Assembly (NCBI GenBank): GCA_040755995.1
Contig: JBFMAF010000010.1
Coordinates: forward strand, 192,001-256,000
Reading direction: 5' to 3'
DNA: 64,000 nucleotides
Origin: Acidobacteriota bacterium
GTDB lineage: Bacteria; Acidobacteriota; CAIWXX01
The notes beneath the pieces are model-generated. The model had not been told where the DNA came from, searched no databases, and saw only the letters and a program-made list of their open reading frames with translations. Below, one piece after another: positions 32,328-43,157 of the stretch (its first letter is position 1; each line of letters opens with the position of its first letter). A program made the position numbers and the translations under genes.

Positions 32328-33541
32328 GAATCATTCGCCTGTGCGGGCAGGCCGCGGGCGCGCTTTGGAACCAGCGGGGCAAGGCCCTGTTGATGTTCCT
32401 CGGAATCGCCGTGGGCATCATGCTTCTGACGGCGGTCGTGGGATTGAGCCAGGGGGTAGAGCGGCGCATAGGGCAGATCACTGCTTTCTTCGGCCCGCGG
32501 TCCATAATGGTGTTCGCCGGGGGCGGCCGATTTGGCGGTCCTGGAGGCCGGAGCGCATCCACCTCCACGCTGAAGCTCGAGGACGTCGCAGCCATCCGGA
32601 GCCGCGTGGCCGAGCGCGCTATCGTGTGCCCGGGTTTCGACGAGGACGACGTAGCGCTCAAGGCCGGCGACCTCAACACTACCGCGGACGTGAACGCAGC
32701 CGACCCGAACTTCCCGCAGGCCTACGATTGGTACGTAGCCGCGGGTGATCCGCTGGATGAGGACGACGAGCGCGCGATGGCGCGTGTCTGCGTGATCGGA
32801 ACCTCGGTGGCGAAGAACCTCTTCCCGGATCAGGATCCAATCGGCATGCGGGTCATGGTCAACAAAGTTCAGTTCACTGTGAAGGGGGTCTTCACCTCCA
32901 GGGGCACCAACCCCATGGGATTCGACATGGATGACGAGATGTGGATACCGCTCTCTACGGGCATGCGGCGCCTCTTCCGCCGCGACAACATCCAGAGGAT
33001 CCGCCTCAATGTGCGGGAGGCATCGGACGTGTCAGCGGTGGCCGAGGAAGTGGCGGGCATCCTGCGACAACGCCACCACATCACGCCTCCGGAGGAGGAC
33101 GACTTCAGGATGCGCACGCCGGAGTTCATTGCAGCGCGCGTGAGGAGCATGGCGAGGACGGCAGAGCTGGTTGGAGCCGCATTGGCGACAGTCGCGCTCA
33201 TCGTCGGCGGGGTTGTGCTCATGAATATCCTGCTGCTATCGCTAAGCGAGCGTGTGCCCGAGATCGGTTTGAAGCGGGCGCTCGGAGCCAGCCAACGCGA
33301 CATCTTCGTCGAGTTCCTGGCAGAGTCCATTCTGGTCAGCCTCATGGGCATGGGGTTGGGCGTCCTGCTGGGCCTCCTTCCCGTCATTGTCATACCGAAG
33401 CTGTTTCCGATGATACCCATGGCTGTCACGTGGCGAACGTTCGCCTACGCGGCGCTGTTCTCCTCTGCGGTCGGCACGGTCTTCGGAGTACAGCCTGCGC
33501 GGCGCGCCGCCCGGTTGGATCCGGTTGAGGCGCTGAGATGA
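32324..33541 (+). CDS. MacB-like ABC permease
   Basis: LGIAVGI, VGGVVLMNILL, ERVPEIGLKRALGA, ARRAARLDPVEALR. Confidence 0.92.
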
Positions 33542-34761
33542 ACCTGACGCGCTCGCTCGCCGTCTCTCTCGACGTCCTCATGGGGCACAAGCTCAGGACT
33601 CTGCTCTCCAGCTCGGGCATCGGCATCGGTGTCGCAGCCGTTGTGCTGATGGTCGGAGCCGGCAGGGCCGCAGAGGAGGACGTTGTAAGCAAGGTGCAGA
33701 GCATGGGCACGAACCTGCTCGTGGTGCAGGCGGGGCGCTTTCGCACCGTCGGAACTCACACTCATCAGGTGGCGCACTTCACCACACTCAAGCCGCAGGA
33801 TGTGCGGCTGATCGAACGGCACATCCGCGGAATCACCGCAATGTGCGGCTTCGTTCAGCGTGGGGTCACGGCGAGCTACCAGGGCGTGCGGACTCGGACG
33901 GTGATGGCCGGAGCCGGCTCCGAAATCTTCACCATCCGAAACATCACCGCCGATAGCGGTGCGCTCTTCACGAAGCTGCAGGAGCGTACCATGGCGAGGG
34001 TGGCGGTGGTGGGCCCGACAGTCGTGACCAACGTGTTCGGCGGGGCCGATCCAGTCGGTCAGACTCTCGAGATCAACAAGGTCCTCTTCAAAGTAATCGG
34101 AGTTGCGTCCGCCCGAGGCCAGGACCTGTCAGGGTTTGATCAAGATGATGTCATCTATGTTCCTCTTTCCACCGCCATGAACCGCGTGTTCAAGGTAGTC
34201 TACCTGCAGAGCATTCTGGTACAGGCGGACGGGCCTGAATCCATGCGGGAGCTCCCGGATGCCCTCACCCCATTGCTTCGCAGAAGCCACAGGCTCAGGG
34301 CGGGCAAGGAGGACGATTTCACGATCCAGGACCAGGCGCAGATCATGAAGACCGAGCAGGAGACGACCCAGGCATTCACGGTGCTGGTGGGCAGTGTGGC
34401 CGGCGTCTCGCTTTTCACGGGCGGTGTAGGCATCCTGGCGGTGATGCTCATTTCCATCCGCGAGCGCACCAGGGAGATCGGGCTGAGGCGCGCAATCGGC
34501 GCACGCCGCCGCGACGTGCTCCTTCAGTTTCTTCTAGAGGCCGGCGTTCTGGCCGGCATGGGAGGATTCGCTGGGATACTCATCGGTCTGGCCGGGAATC
34601 TCCTCACCTGCCGGCTAGCCGGCTGGCCGGTTGTCTGGCCCTGGAGCGCCACGCTCTACGCCTTCGGCATCTCGGTGGCGATGGGAGTCCTCTTCGGCCT
34701 CTACCCCGCCCGCAAAGCCGCGCGCCTCGACCCCGCCACAGCCCTCCACGCCGCGGCGTAG
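33538..34761 (+). CDS. MacB-like ABC permease (second subunit)
   Basis: GIGIGVAAV, GGVGIL, ERTREIGLRRAIGA, YPARKAARLDP. Confidence 0.92.
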   Translation: MNLTRSLAVSLDVLMGHKLRTLLSSSGIGIGVAAVVLMVGAGRAAEEDVVSKVQSMGTNLLVVQAGRFRTVGTHTHQVAHFTTLKPQDVRLIERHIRGITAMCGFVQRGVTASYQGVRTRTVMAGAGSEIFTIRNITADSGALFTKLQERTMARVAVVGPTVVTNVFGGADPVGQTLEINKVLFKVIGVASARGQDLSGFDQDDVIYVPLSTAMNRVFKVVYLQSILVQADGPESMRELPDALTPLLRRSHRLRAGKEDDFTIQDQAQIMKTEQETTQAFTVLVGSVAGVSLFTGGVGILAVMLISIRERTREIGLRRAIGARRRDVLLQFLLEAGVLAGMGGFAGILIGLAGNLLTCRLAGWPVVWPWSATLYAFGISVAMGVLFGLYPARKAARLDPATALHAAA

Positions 34762-35549
34762 CCGACGTAGTCGCTGGTCTCGATGCCACCGCGCCTCATC
34801 GTGCATGCTCTCGACGGATCCCGCTCCGCCGCTGAGTTTTTGCTTGAGCATGATTTCCGCGGTCCAGCCGTGAAAGCCAGTTCTCACGTTCCTGGCATTG
34901 GAGTCGAAGTGCCTCGCGCGGCTCTTCTCGCTCATCGACCCCGCCAGTAGCCGGACCGACGGCGAAGATCAGCGACCGCCACGCGGAGGGAGCCACCAGG
35001 GCGTGCTGCGGGTCACACTGCGGTCCGCTTTGGATGCTTCTGTCTCCTGTATACAACCTCTTCTACCCTGCGGCTGGCTTCCAGATCCGACAGGATCTCC
35101 CCGGTGTCGAGGCGAACTGGTGTGGAGCTGTGGGACCTCCATGGAGGTCAACGGACACACATCCGGACCTTGACGGAGACCCGGATATCGTGCGGAGGGC
35201 CATCGGGCCGCTCTGATCGGTACACGGGACGGTGCCGCGCAGCGCCTGTGACTTCCGTCCGAACGCCACGAGCAGCGCCGGTATGAAGTGCCCGGAGGGG
35301 CGCGTTTCGCGATCTGGGACAACACGGCGCAGAACGAACGATGATCGTCCGCAAAGAACATGCCCTCCTGCCTGCCGGTAAGTCGATCCGGCGGACTGCG
35401 TGTGCACTCGCAATGAGGCAGCGCTTCCGAGCGCGAGATGCGGTGTGTCACGTATCGGCGTGCTGTGTTCGCCGCTACGATGAGGGGGCGGTCGAGAGGT
35501 GTGCGGAGGCAATCGATGGCGGCGCAAACAGGCCGCGCCGCCCCAGACC

Positions 35550-35807
35550 CTATGCGTACCTTGCGACTGGCACAGGGCGTGGCAGTGCCAGTTGTTGCCG
35601 ATGGAGTATGATCCGCTCTATTTCGTGAAGCGTCTCGGAAGTCAGGTATGTTTCCCCGCAGTGTGCGCACGTGACAACGGGCACGTTTTCGATGATGAGC
35701 AGGTTCTCTCCCTCACCGTAGCTCCGGGTGACGTGTCTCGCTCGCGCTCCCGACTTGCCGCAGATATCGCAAACCAACGCTGGCGGCTTCCTATTCCTCT
35801 TCGCCAT
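35550..35807 (-). CDS. YgiT/MqsA-type zinc finger protein (antitoxin-like)
   Basis: CDICG..IENVP..CAHCGETY; overlaps the upstream DUF4258-like gene. Confidence 0.88.
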   Translation of the reverse strand: MAKRNRKPPALVCDICGKSGARARHVTRSYGEGENLLIIENVPVVTCAHCGETYLTSETLHEIERIILHRQQLALPRPVPVARYA

Positions 35808-36078
35808 ACACTGTGATGATAACCAATTTCCGGGTCGGGCTCAATTTGAACACGATACCGATCAAACGGTGTTCAAGCGACTCGCCCTGACAGACGTATT
35901 TCCATTCTCCTGTCTTCTCGTCTCGTTGACGATCAACGACCGAGCCGACCAGAAGACCGTGCTCCACGTCGAACACGCTGAATAGGTCCTTGCGCATCTC
36001 TTCGTCGGCATGGCTCGTCATGACGTATTCACCGGTGCGGATCTTCTCTCATGCCTGGGCGAGGATGTTCGAATACAC
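35791..36078 (-). pseudogene. DUF4258-family protein (toxin-like) with in-frame TGA at codon 10
   Basis: GTG 36078 gives MYSNILAQA*EKIRTGEYVMTSHADEEM..LVIITVY; stop at 36049-36051; could restart at Met 36021. Confidence 0.72.
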
Positions 36079-36499
36079 GCTTGCATCCTACCTCGGAGCA
36101 AAGGAAGTGCACAACCGGGGACTGTAGACCGGCTGCATCGCCTCATCATTCGTGGACGTAGACATCGACCTCAACGCGAACCAATTCCTGTCTGCGAGGC
36201 CGTCCTGTTACCACGTGTGACTCCTCTCCCGGACGGTGGTTGTCCAGCCACCGCCCGCTCAACAACGCATGAACGATTTCAATAGCAGTCCCTTGATCCC
36301 ATGTCAATGAACTGCTGATACTAGTTCGAGACGGCCACGGCACGCCAGATGATCGTGAGCTGACCGAGGCTGACACGGGCGGCGAGCGCCCGCAGTTTCG
36401 ATGCACCGGGATTCCTGGTTGTGATGGGTCCGTTCCTGGCGGGATCTCTGTTTGACAGCAACTTGGCTTGCATGGAAGAGTAGCCCGAGGAGAAGGACG

Positions 36500-36905
36500 A
36501 TGGCATCGAAGCGCGAAGCATGGTTGTCGCTCTTGCCGTGCGACCCCCGGCCCGCGCTCCTCGCGAGCGACGAACCCTTCGCGCTTCGTCACCTTGACCG
36601 CCGTGCTCGGGAAGTCGGAGGACGACGCCGAGGTTCGCAGCACGCACAAGGCGGTCGTCGCCGATCCGCGCGTGCGCACGCTCGTCGATCGCCTGCCGGA
36701 CTGGGTGTCCGGCTTCACGTTCTCGGGGCACAACTCGCCCGGGTTCCCACCCAACATCCTGCGTCTTATCCACTGCATGGGTGTTCGCGCGGGCGACTTC
36801 CCCGTCATCGAGCGCATGCTCGACCAGATGCCACGGCATCAGGCCGACGACGGCCGCTACCTTACCCCGGGTGGCACCACAGGCAAGAGGCCCTCGGCGT
36901 GGGGG
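36500..36905 (+). pseudogene. Frameshifted, truncated 5' part of a conserved hypothetical protein (possible prenyltransferase/squalene-cyclase-like repeat)
   Basis: RBS then MASKREAWLSLLPCDPRPALLASDEPFA, an apparent 2-nt loss in a CG run near 36581-36585, continuing (R)FVTLTAVLGK..HQADDGRY in another frame. Confidence 0.5.
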
Positions 36906-37000
36906 CAGCCTTCTACTGGCGCGATGGTTTCTCTTGGCAGAGCCGCCGGGTGAATGATGAACCTGGACGCGGTATAATGTGTGCATTCGGAGGCTCCGAG

Positions 37001-37564
37001 ATGCCAAGCACAGTTGAGGCTCCCCCGACAGAACTGATCACCGGCGAAGCGCTGGAGAAGATGCCGGATATGGGCAGGTGCGAGCTCGTGGAAGGGAGGA
37101 TCGTGACGATGAGCCCGACCGGACAGGCGCATGGGGAATGCGAGGGCAACTTCTACGACCACATACGATCGTTCGTCCGCGCCAGACGACTCGGCAGAGT
37201 GAGCGTCGGCGAAGTTGGCATCTACACACGCCGCAGCCCCGACAGCGTCCGCGGCGCGGACGTGCTCTTCATCTCGAATGAACGGTACGCCCAGAAGAAG
37301 TCCCGGTCGTTTCTCGATGTGGCGCCGGATCTCGTCGTGGAAGTTCTGTCACCGGAGGACAGGTGGTCCGAGGTAATGCAGAAGCTGCGAGAGTATTTCT
37401 CCATCGGCGTCCGTTTGATCTGGGTGGCGGACCCTGAATCCCGCACCGTTTACGCCTACCGTTCCCTCACCGACATCAGGGAGTTTACCCTGAACGATGA
37501 GCTGCCCGGGGATGACGTGCTCCCGGGATTCTCGGTGAAAGTCGCGGAGCTGTTCGAGGACTGA
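37001..37564 (+). CDS. Uma2-family endonuclease
   Basis: CELVEGRIV..P..H, VRGADVLF, APDLVVEVLSP, KLREYF..GV..IWVADP, DVLPGF; TATAAT at 36973-36978. Confidence 0.92.
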   Translation: MPSTVEAPPTELITGEALEKMPDMGRCELVEGRIVTMSPTGQAHGECEGNFYDHIRSFVRARRLGRVSVGEVGIYTRRSPDSVRGADVLFISNERYAQKKSRSFLDVAPDLVVEVLSPEDRWSEVMQKLREYFSIGVRLIWVADPESRTVYAYRSLTDIREFTLNDELPGDDVLPGFSVKVAELFED

Positions 37565-37627
37565 AGAGACTCGGGGTCGAGCCGGCGACGTCACGGACGA
37601 TCCCGGGGCTTCACCCATGATTGGAAC

Positions 37628-37647
37628 CCTGGGGCTCACGCCCCAGG
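37628..37647. repeat. REP-like palindrome
   Basis: CCTGGGGC-TCAC-GCCCCAGG, an 8-bp stem in an intergenic region. Confidence 0.5.
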
Positions 37648-37778
37648 ATTTGATCAGGTGGTTGCGCATGGAGCGTCCTGGGCGAATTCGCCGTAGCCGT
37701 GTGCGTAGAGGCGTGGGTGTTGCATTACGAATGCGACGCCCGGTAGACTGAACAGTTGTCAGATACAGGAGGGACACT

Positions 37779-39329
37779 ATGAAGAGACTGGGTCTCCACT
37801 ACCTGAGAAGGTCAGCGGTTTCTCTGGCCGGGATTTCCTACTTGCTATTCCTGGTCCCGGTTTCGGCTGCCGCACGGGAGAGCGGCGATCTCGACCAGAT
37901 CCTTCAGGAGCTGGAGGCCTACGCCCAGCAGCTCCAGAGCGAGCAGCGCGTGCCCGGAATGGCTTACGCGGTCGTCGAAGGCTCCGACACGGTGTATACA
38001 CGCGGCTTTGGATTCAGAGATCGGGACGCCTCCTCCGGCATGGTGGATGAGGCCACGCTCTTTGAGATCGGCTCGACGACGAAAGCCTTCAACGCCGCGG
38101 TCCTGGGCACGCTGGTTGACGAAGGCAAGGTCGCATGGGGAGACAAGGTGCGCGACCACTTCCCCGATTTCAAGATGTATGACAGCTGGGTGACAAAGGA
38201 GTTTCTCGTTGCGGATCTCCTTGCCCAGCGCCCAGGGATACCGCCGTACTCTCTCGACATGATGTCCTTGGTCGGGTTCAGCCGGAGGGACATCATGCGG
38301 GCCACGCGCTACGTCGAACCGGTCAGCAGCTTCCGCTCCCAATTCTCCTATCAGAACAACCTCCATCTGTGGGCCGCGGAGCTGATCGAGAGAAAGACGG
38401 GGATGGCATGGGAAGAGGTCGTTAGGCAACGCGTCCTGGAGCCCCTCGGCATGTCCGAGAGCACTTTCGACTTCGCCACCAACGATGCCAACCCGAATCA
38501 CGCGATGGGACACGTTCCCCAGAGCGACGGGAGCCTCTGGACGATTCCGTCCAACTGGCCGTACCGGGGTTGGCTGTTGACTTACGCCCCGGCTGGTGGC
38601 CTGAACTCGAACGTGAGGGACATGGCCAGATGGGTGGCACTGCAAATCGGGGAAGGCACCTTCGGCGGCAAGGTGTTCCTCAAGCCGGAGACGGTTCAGA
38701 CAATCCGGGCGCCGCGCATCTTCATGGCAAGTACCGCAACGGGCACGGCGTCGTACGCTACCGCCTGGGTCTTCCAGTCCTCCTCGACGACACCGTTCTA
38801 CTGGCACAACGGCGAAACGGTCGGAATGCACTCGATCGTGGCGGTCTACCCCGAAGGCGATCTGGGTCTCGTCGTTCTGACAAACACGTCGGGGAACACG
38901 GTGCCGGAATGCATGGTGTTGAAGCTCCTGGAGCTCTATTTTGGGAACGTCCCTCTGCCCTGCGCGACGCATGGGATGGAAGACATTGCTCCGGGGAGGA
39001 GGAGCCTGCCGGGGCCGATAGTGGAACCGGACAACAATGAATCGGCCATACCGCTAAACAAGCTCGTCGGAACCTATTCGAACCCCGCCTACGGGAAGAT
39101 CATCATCGAGAAAGCGGGAAGCGGCATCACGCTGACCATTGGACTCACGCCTCGTTCCGGGCCGCTTTCTCCGATTGGAACCAATCAGTTTCGATTCGAT
39201 TGGCCCGATTGGCCCGGGCAGCATTCTACGGTCGTCTTCAGGGCGGGCCCTTCCGGGAACGTCACGAAGCTGAGAGTCCTGGAGCTCTTCGATGTGCAAG
39301 GGGGAGATTTCAGGAGGATAGCCTACTGA
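37779..39329 (+). CDS. Secreted serine hydrolase, beta-lactamase/AmpC-like, with C-terminal DUF3471-like domain
   Basis: Signal peptide; GSTTK (SxxK), YQN (YxN), HNG; GTYSNPAYG C-terminal domain. Confidence 0.9.
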   Translation: MKRLGLHYLRRSAVSLAGISYLLFLVPVSAAARESGDLDQILQELEAYAQQLQSEQRVPGMAYAVVEGSDTVYTRGFGFRDRDASSGMVDEATLFEIGSTTKAFNAAVLGTLVDEGKVAWGDKVRDHFPDFKMYDSWVTKEFLVADLLAQRPGIPPYSLDMMSLVGFSRRDIMRATRYVEPVSSFRSQFSYQNNLHLWAAELIERKTGMAWEEVVRQRVLEPLGMSESTFDFATNDANPNHAMGHVPQSDGSLWTIPSNWPYRGWLLTYAPAGGLNSNVRDMARWVALQIGEGTFGGKVFLKPETVQTIRAPRIFMASTATGTASYATAWVFQSSSTTPFYWHNGETVGMHSIVAVYPEGDLGLVVLTNTSGNTVPECMVLKLLELYFGNVPLPCATHGMEDIAPGRRSLPGPIVEPDNNESAIPLNKLVGTYSNPAYGKIIIEKAGSGITLTIGLTPRSGPLSPIGTNQFRFDWPDWPGQHSTVVFRAGPSGNVTKLRVLELFDVQGGDFRRIAY

Positions 39330-39349
39330 TCGACCGCGAAATCCGGGAT

Positions 39350-39502
39350 TCAGTCGAATATCCTGGCCAGCTTCACCTCCTGCCAGGTGAAGTTCTCAGG
39401 CGCTCGGATCCACATCGTCAGCTCCCGGGGCACCGCGATGATCTGATAGATCGTGTCGGTCTTGTCAGTCGCACCACCTTCTTCAATAGTCTTCTCGAGC
39501 AC
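39350..39502 (-). pseudogene. Orphan C-terminal gene fragment (resembles the tail of C45-family peptidases)
   Basis: VLEKTIEEGGATDKTDTIYQIIAVPRELTMWIRAPENFTWQEVKLARIFD*; no 5' part. Confidence 0.4.
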
Positions 39503-39506
39503 TTGC

Positions 39507-39596
39507 TTCGCGCGATTGGCTGAGCGACGAAACCGGCTGCCGGAGGTCGAAGACCCGCGGGCATGGCTGCTGGCCGTGACGCACCGAGCCGCAGTT
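39507..39596 (+). pseudogene. ECF sigma factor region-2 fragment
   Basis: FARLAERRNRLPEVEDPRAWLLAVTHRAAV matches the ECF F..L....PRAWL pattern. Confidence 0.45.
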
Positions 39597-40277
39597 GGCG
39601 AGGCTTATCCCCAAACTCCGACCGTGGTGAGTACGAGCGGGGACAGGCTCAGAGAGTTCGCAGGCGTGTACGAAATGGGCGGGGATGCCGGGCGATTCCG
39701 TGTGGCAGTCGAAGGCCTCGCGCCAACCATCGAGCCCCAAGGCCACAGGGCTTTTTCGATGTTGCACTCGTCTGCCGATGCTGAACCCGGCAGGTTCGAT
39801 CGGCTGAAGCGGCTAATGGGTGAGATCATCTCGAACAACATGGTGGGAAACTTCAAATCGCAGTTTGATGCCTGCGGCGGGCGTGTGACAATCGAGCGAT
39901 TGCGGGATAGGTGGCGCGAAATCACGAGCATCATCGAGGCTGAGAATGGCACAATCGTCAAGTTCGATATCCTGGGTACCGCGCGGAGGACTCAGAGGGA
40001 TGAGACGATCGTTCGGTTCACATGTGAGAGAGGATTCGTTTACATGACTTATGTGTGCGAGGCCGAGAAGGGCTCGAGCCTGCTGGGGATGTCGATGCGG
40101 GGACTTCCTGTGAGCCTCAAGGTCGTCCCCACAGGCGACACGACCTTTGCATCGTGGGATGGAGGGCTGCGCCCGTCGATGGCGATCGAATTCCGCGCGG
40201 ATGAGCGTTACCGAATGACTCCCGTGGTCGACCACGTCGTCGCAGTGCGCAGGAGCGTTCCGTTATCCCGGGGGTAG
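39597..40277 (+). pseudogene. C-terminal fragment of an unknown protein (possibly a serine hydrolase accessory domain)
   Basis: GEAYPQTP..LREFAGVYE..RFRV resembles post-lactamase domains; no start or RBS; in frame with the ECF fragment. Confidence 0.4.
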
Positions 40278-40361
40278 CATCGCCTCTGCTTGCCCACCCG
40301 ATCCGATCTGGTCGCCAAGATAATCGTTGACACTGTCTCCGATTTGCATGATATTCAGCAC

Positions 40362-41537
40362 ATGGCCTCACGAATTCCCAAGTTCAACCGGGAGCTCAAG
40401 CTCAGCTGGGTTCCGAATCCCGTCACGGGATCGGCTGCGGCCTTCCTCTGGGGCCCCCGTCAGACGGGCAAGACCACGCTCCTCCACCAGCAGTTCCCGA
40501 CTGCCAGGTTCTACGACCTGCTCGACTCGGGCCTCGCCGCGGAGCTCAGCGTGCAACCCCGGGTCTTCCGGGAGCAGACGCTGGCTGAGCGGCCCGAGCT
40601 CGTGGTGATCGACGAGATCCAGAAGGTTCCGGAGCTCCTCGATGAAGTACACTGGCTGCTCGAGAACACATCGACGCGGTTCGCGCTGTGCGGTTCGAGT
40701 GCCCGGAAACTGCGGCGTAGAGGACGGAATCTGCTCGGCGGCCGGGCGACCGAGTTTCGACTGTTGCCGCTGACCAGCGAGGAGATCCCCAGCCTGGATC
40801 TTCTCCGGCTTTTGAATCACGGTGCTCTTCCGATCCATTATCTGGTGGATGATCCGGCCCCCCTTCTTCGGGCCTATGTGAGTACCTACATCAAGGAAGA
40901 GATCATCGACGAGGCGGCGACCCGAAACGTTCCCGCCTTCAGCCGTTTCCTGCAACTGGTCGGGCTCACACACGGGCGCCAGCTCAACTATGCCAACATC
41001 GCCCGGGAAGCAAACGTCTCGGCGGCAACCGTGCGGAGCTACTTCCGGATCCTCGACGACACATTGCTGGGCTTCACGCTCGAGCCCTGGAGGAGGACGA
41101 GGCACCGCAGGCTCGTCGAGACCGCGAAGTTCTATCTCTTCGACATAGGCGTTGCAAACCACCTGGATCCGGAGGCTGGGACGATCTCGGAAGGATCGGA
41201 CCTGTTCGGGCGTGCCTTCGAGCATTTCCTGCTGAACGAAGTTCGTGCCTTCCTCGCGTACCGGGGGAAGAACAGGCGACTGACCTTCTGGAGGACCAGC
41301 TCGGGCTACGAGGTGGACCTGATTGTCGGTGATCTCGCACTGGCACTGGAGTTCAAGTCGGCGAAGCGTGTTCGGCACGAAGACTTGAGGGGTATGCGCG
41401 CGCTTCTCGACGAGCATCGGCCTGGTCGAGCAATAGTCGTCTCGTGTGAGGAGCGGCCGCGGACAACGGAGGATGGAATCGAGATCGTCGCGTGGAGGGA
41501 CTTCTGCAAGAGGCTGTGGCACGGGGAACTTGTCTGA
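40362..41537 (+). CDS. AAA-family ATPase with DUF4143-like domain and C-terminal nuclease-like fold
   Basis: GPRQTGKTT, VVIDEIQK, CGSS, KFYLFDIG, FWRTSSGYEVD..LEFK. Confidence 0.9.
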   Translation: MASRIPKFNRELKLSWVPNPVTGSAAAFLWGPRQTGKTTLLHQQFPTARFYDLLDSGLAAELSVQPRVFREQTLAERPELVVIDEIQKVPELLDEVHWLLENTSTRFALCGSSARKLRRRGRNLLGGRATEFRLLPLTSEEIPSLDLLRLLNHGALPIHYLVDDPAPLLRAYVSTYIKEEIIDEAATRNVPAFSRFLQLVGLTHGRQLNYANIAREANVSAATVRSYFRILDDTLLGFTLEPWRRTRHRRLVETAKFYLFDIGVANHLDPEAGTISEGSDLFGRAFEHFLLNEVRAFLAYRGKNRRLTFWRTSSGYEVDLIVGDLALALEFKSAKRVRHEDLRGMRALLDEHRPGRAIVVSCEERPRTTEDGIEIVAWRDFCKRLWHGELV

Positions 41538-41796
41538 GTCGGCCTAGGCTCGGATCGCGATGCCGCTCATCTCGGGGTCTGGGGCGAGTCCGGTCGTAGC
41601 GGAGAAGGACCCGTGAGTGCACCCAGCGGCGGGCCTCCGCGTCGATCGGCGCTTCCGCAGCCCTGTCGGCGCGTGATCCGCCAATGCATGAGCAAGTGTA
41701 CTCGCCCCCGGCCTTCACCTGGTGAAGGTGTATAATACGCCGCAACAGGGAAGCGCATCCGAGCGGCGACCACATCAACTCGAAGGGGGATCGATC

Positions 41797-43029
41797 ATGG
41801 CTGAGCAGTGGTACTACCTGGCGAACCAGGAAACCAAAGGGCCGGTCGAGTTCGAGGCGCTGAAGCAACTAGCGGCCTCCGGTGTCATCGCGCGCGAGAC
41901 GCTGGTGTGGAAGGAGGGCCTGGCCGCGTGGACAGCGGCTTCGGCTGTTTCGGGTCTCTTCACCGCAGCCGGTGCCCACGCCGCGGCTCCTCCGCCACCC
42001 CCATCCGCGGTTGCCCGCGCACAGCCGGCGCGCGGGATCCTGTCGAATCTCGGCGCGAAGCTGAGCCACGCCTCTGAGCTTCCCACCGTCTCGGGCATCC
42101 CTGTCGGCGAGATCCTGATGGGGGGCCTGGGCAAGCAAACCCGCGCGGAGGATATCGAGCATGTCTTCGCTGCCGGCACCGCTCAGACTACGCCCGCGAT
42201 CTCTGAGGTGGCGGCCACCTGGCCGACGCCGCGTGTCTTCTGGCGGGTCCTGGCTGGAGCCGTCGGCACGTATGCCCTGTTGCGTCTCGGGTACCAGCAG
42301 TTCCAGAATCCGAATTTCATTCCCGGCATGATCGTGATCGGTTCATTCGTGGTGCCTTTCTCGGTGGTGGTGCTGCTATTCGAGCTGAACACCCCGCGGA
42401 ATGTGTCGGTCTACCAGGTCGGGAAGCTCATACTATTCGGAGGCGCTCTCAGCCTCATCCTTACGTCAGTCCTCTTCCAGGTGCTCCCCGGCTCGGGCGT
42501 CGGGGACCTGATCCCAGCCATGCTGACAGGCGTCATCGAAGAGACCGGGAAAGCTCTCGCGCTCCTCATCATGGTCCGTTCGATGCGGTATCCCTACCAG
42601 CTCAACGGAGTCCTCTTCGGAGCCGCGGTCGGAGCCGGGTTTGCCGGATTCGAGTCGGCCGGCTATGCCTTCAACAGCGAGACCGTTCAGGACGTGTTCG
42701 AAAGCATCTGGATGCGCGGCATCCTCGCTCCCGGCGGGCACGTTATCTGGACGGCGATGGTCGGATCGGCAATCTGGAGGGTCAAAGGCAACAAGCCTTT
42801 CGGGCTCGCCATGTTGTTCCACCGTGATGTCGTCCGCCGCTGGGCTATCGCAGTTATCCTCCACGGCATCTGGGACATGGACCTCGTTCCCAAGATCATC
42901 CCGTGGTGGGTGAAGCTGGCGATTCTGATCGTGATCGGCTGGTACCTCGTGTTTGCCATCCTCAAACAGTCGCTGGGTGAGGTCGAGGAGGCGCAGGCGG
43001 CCGCTGCATCCCCGGCGGCTGGCGGGTAG
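41797..43029 (+). CDS. PrsW-family intramembrane metalloprotease with N-terminal GYF_2 (DUF4339) domain
   Basis: WYY....GPV..L..TLVWKEGLAAW GYF_2; EETGK, FAGFES, HVIWT, HGIWD PrsW motifs. Confidence 0.88.
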   Translation: MAEQWYYLANQETKGPVEFEALKQLAASGVIARETLVWKEGLAAWTAASAVSGLFTAAGAHAAAPPPPPSAVARAQPARGILSNLGAKLSHASELPTVSGIPVGEILMGGLGKQTRAEDIEHVFAAGTAQTTPAISEVAATWPTPRVFWRVLAGAVGTYALLRLGYQQFQNPNFIPGMIVIGSFVVPFSVVVLLFELNTPRNVSVYQVGKLILFGGALSLILTSVLFQVLPGSGVGDLIPAMLTGVIEETGKALALLIMVRSMRYPYQLNGVLFGAAVGAGFAGFESAGYAFNSETVQDVFESIWMRGILAPGGHVIWTAMVGSAIWRVKGNKPFGLAMLFHRDVVRRWAIAVILHGIWDMDLVPKIIPWWVKLAILIVIGWYLVFAILKQSLGEVEEAQAAAASPAAGG

Positions 43030-43157
43030 CCCGACTGTTCCTCAATCGAGTATCAGAGCGATCCTCTCTTCTTCTTGGTGAGCTTGATGCTGACGGTGCG
43101 GCTGGGCGGAAGGACGATGTTGCCCGATGCGATCAGGGATCGAGCTCGATCAACAAA

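Noticed and set aside
34762..35290. Short ORFs after the efflux operon
   Set aside because: No recognisable family or RBS; possibly decayed coding DNA.
37779..39329. True beta-lactam resistance gene
   Set aside because: The motifs fit the broad serine hydrolase family with a C-terminal accessory domain; nothing indicates lactamase activity specifically.
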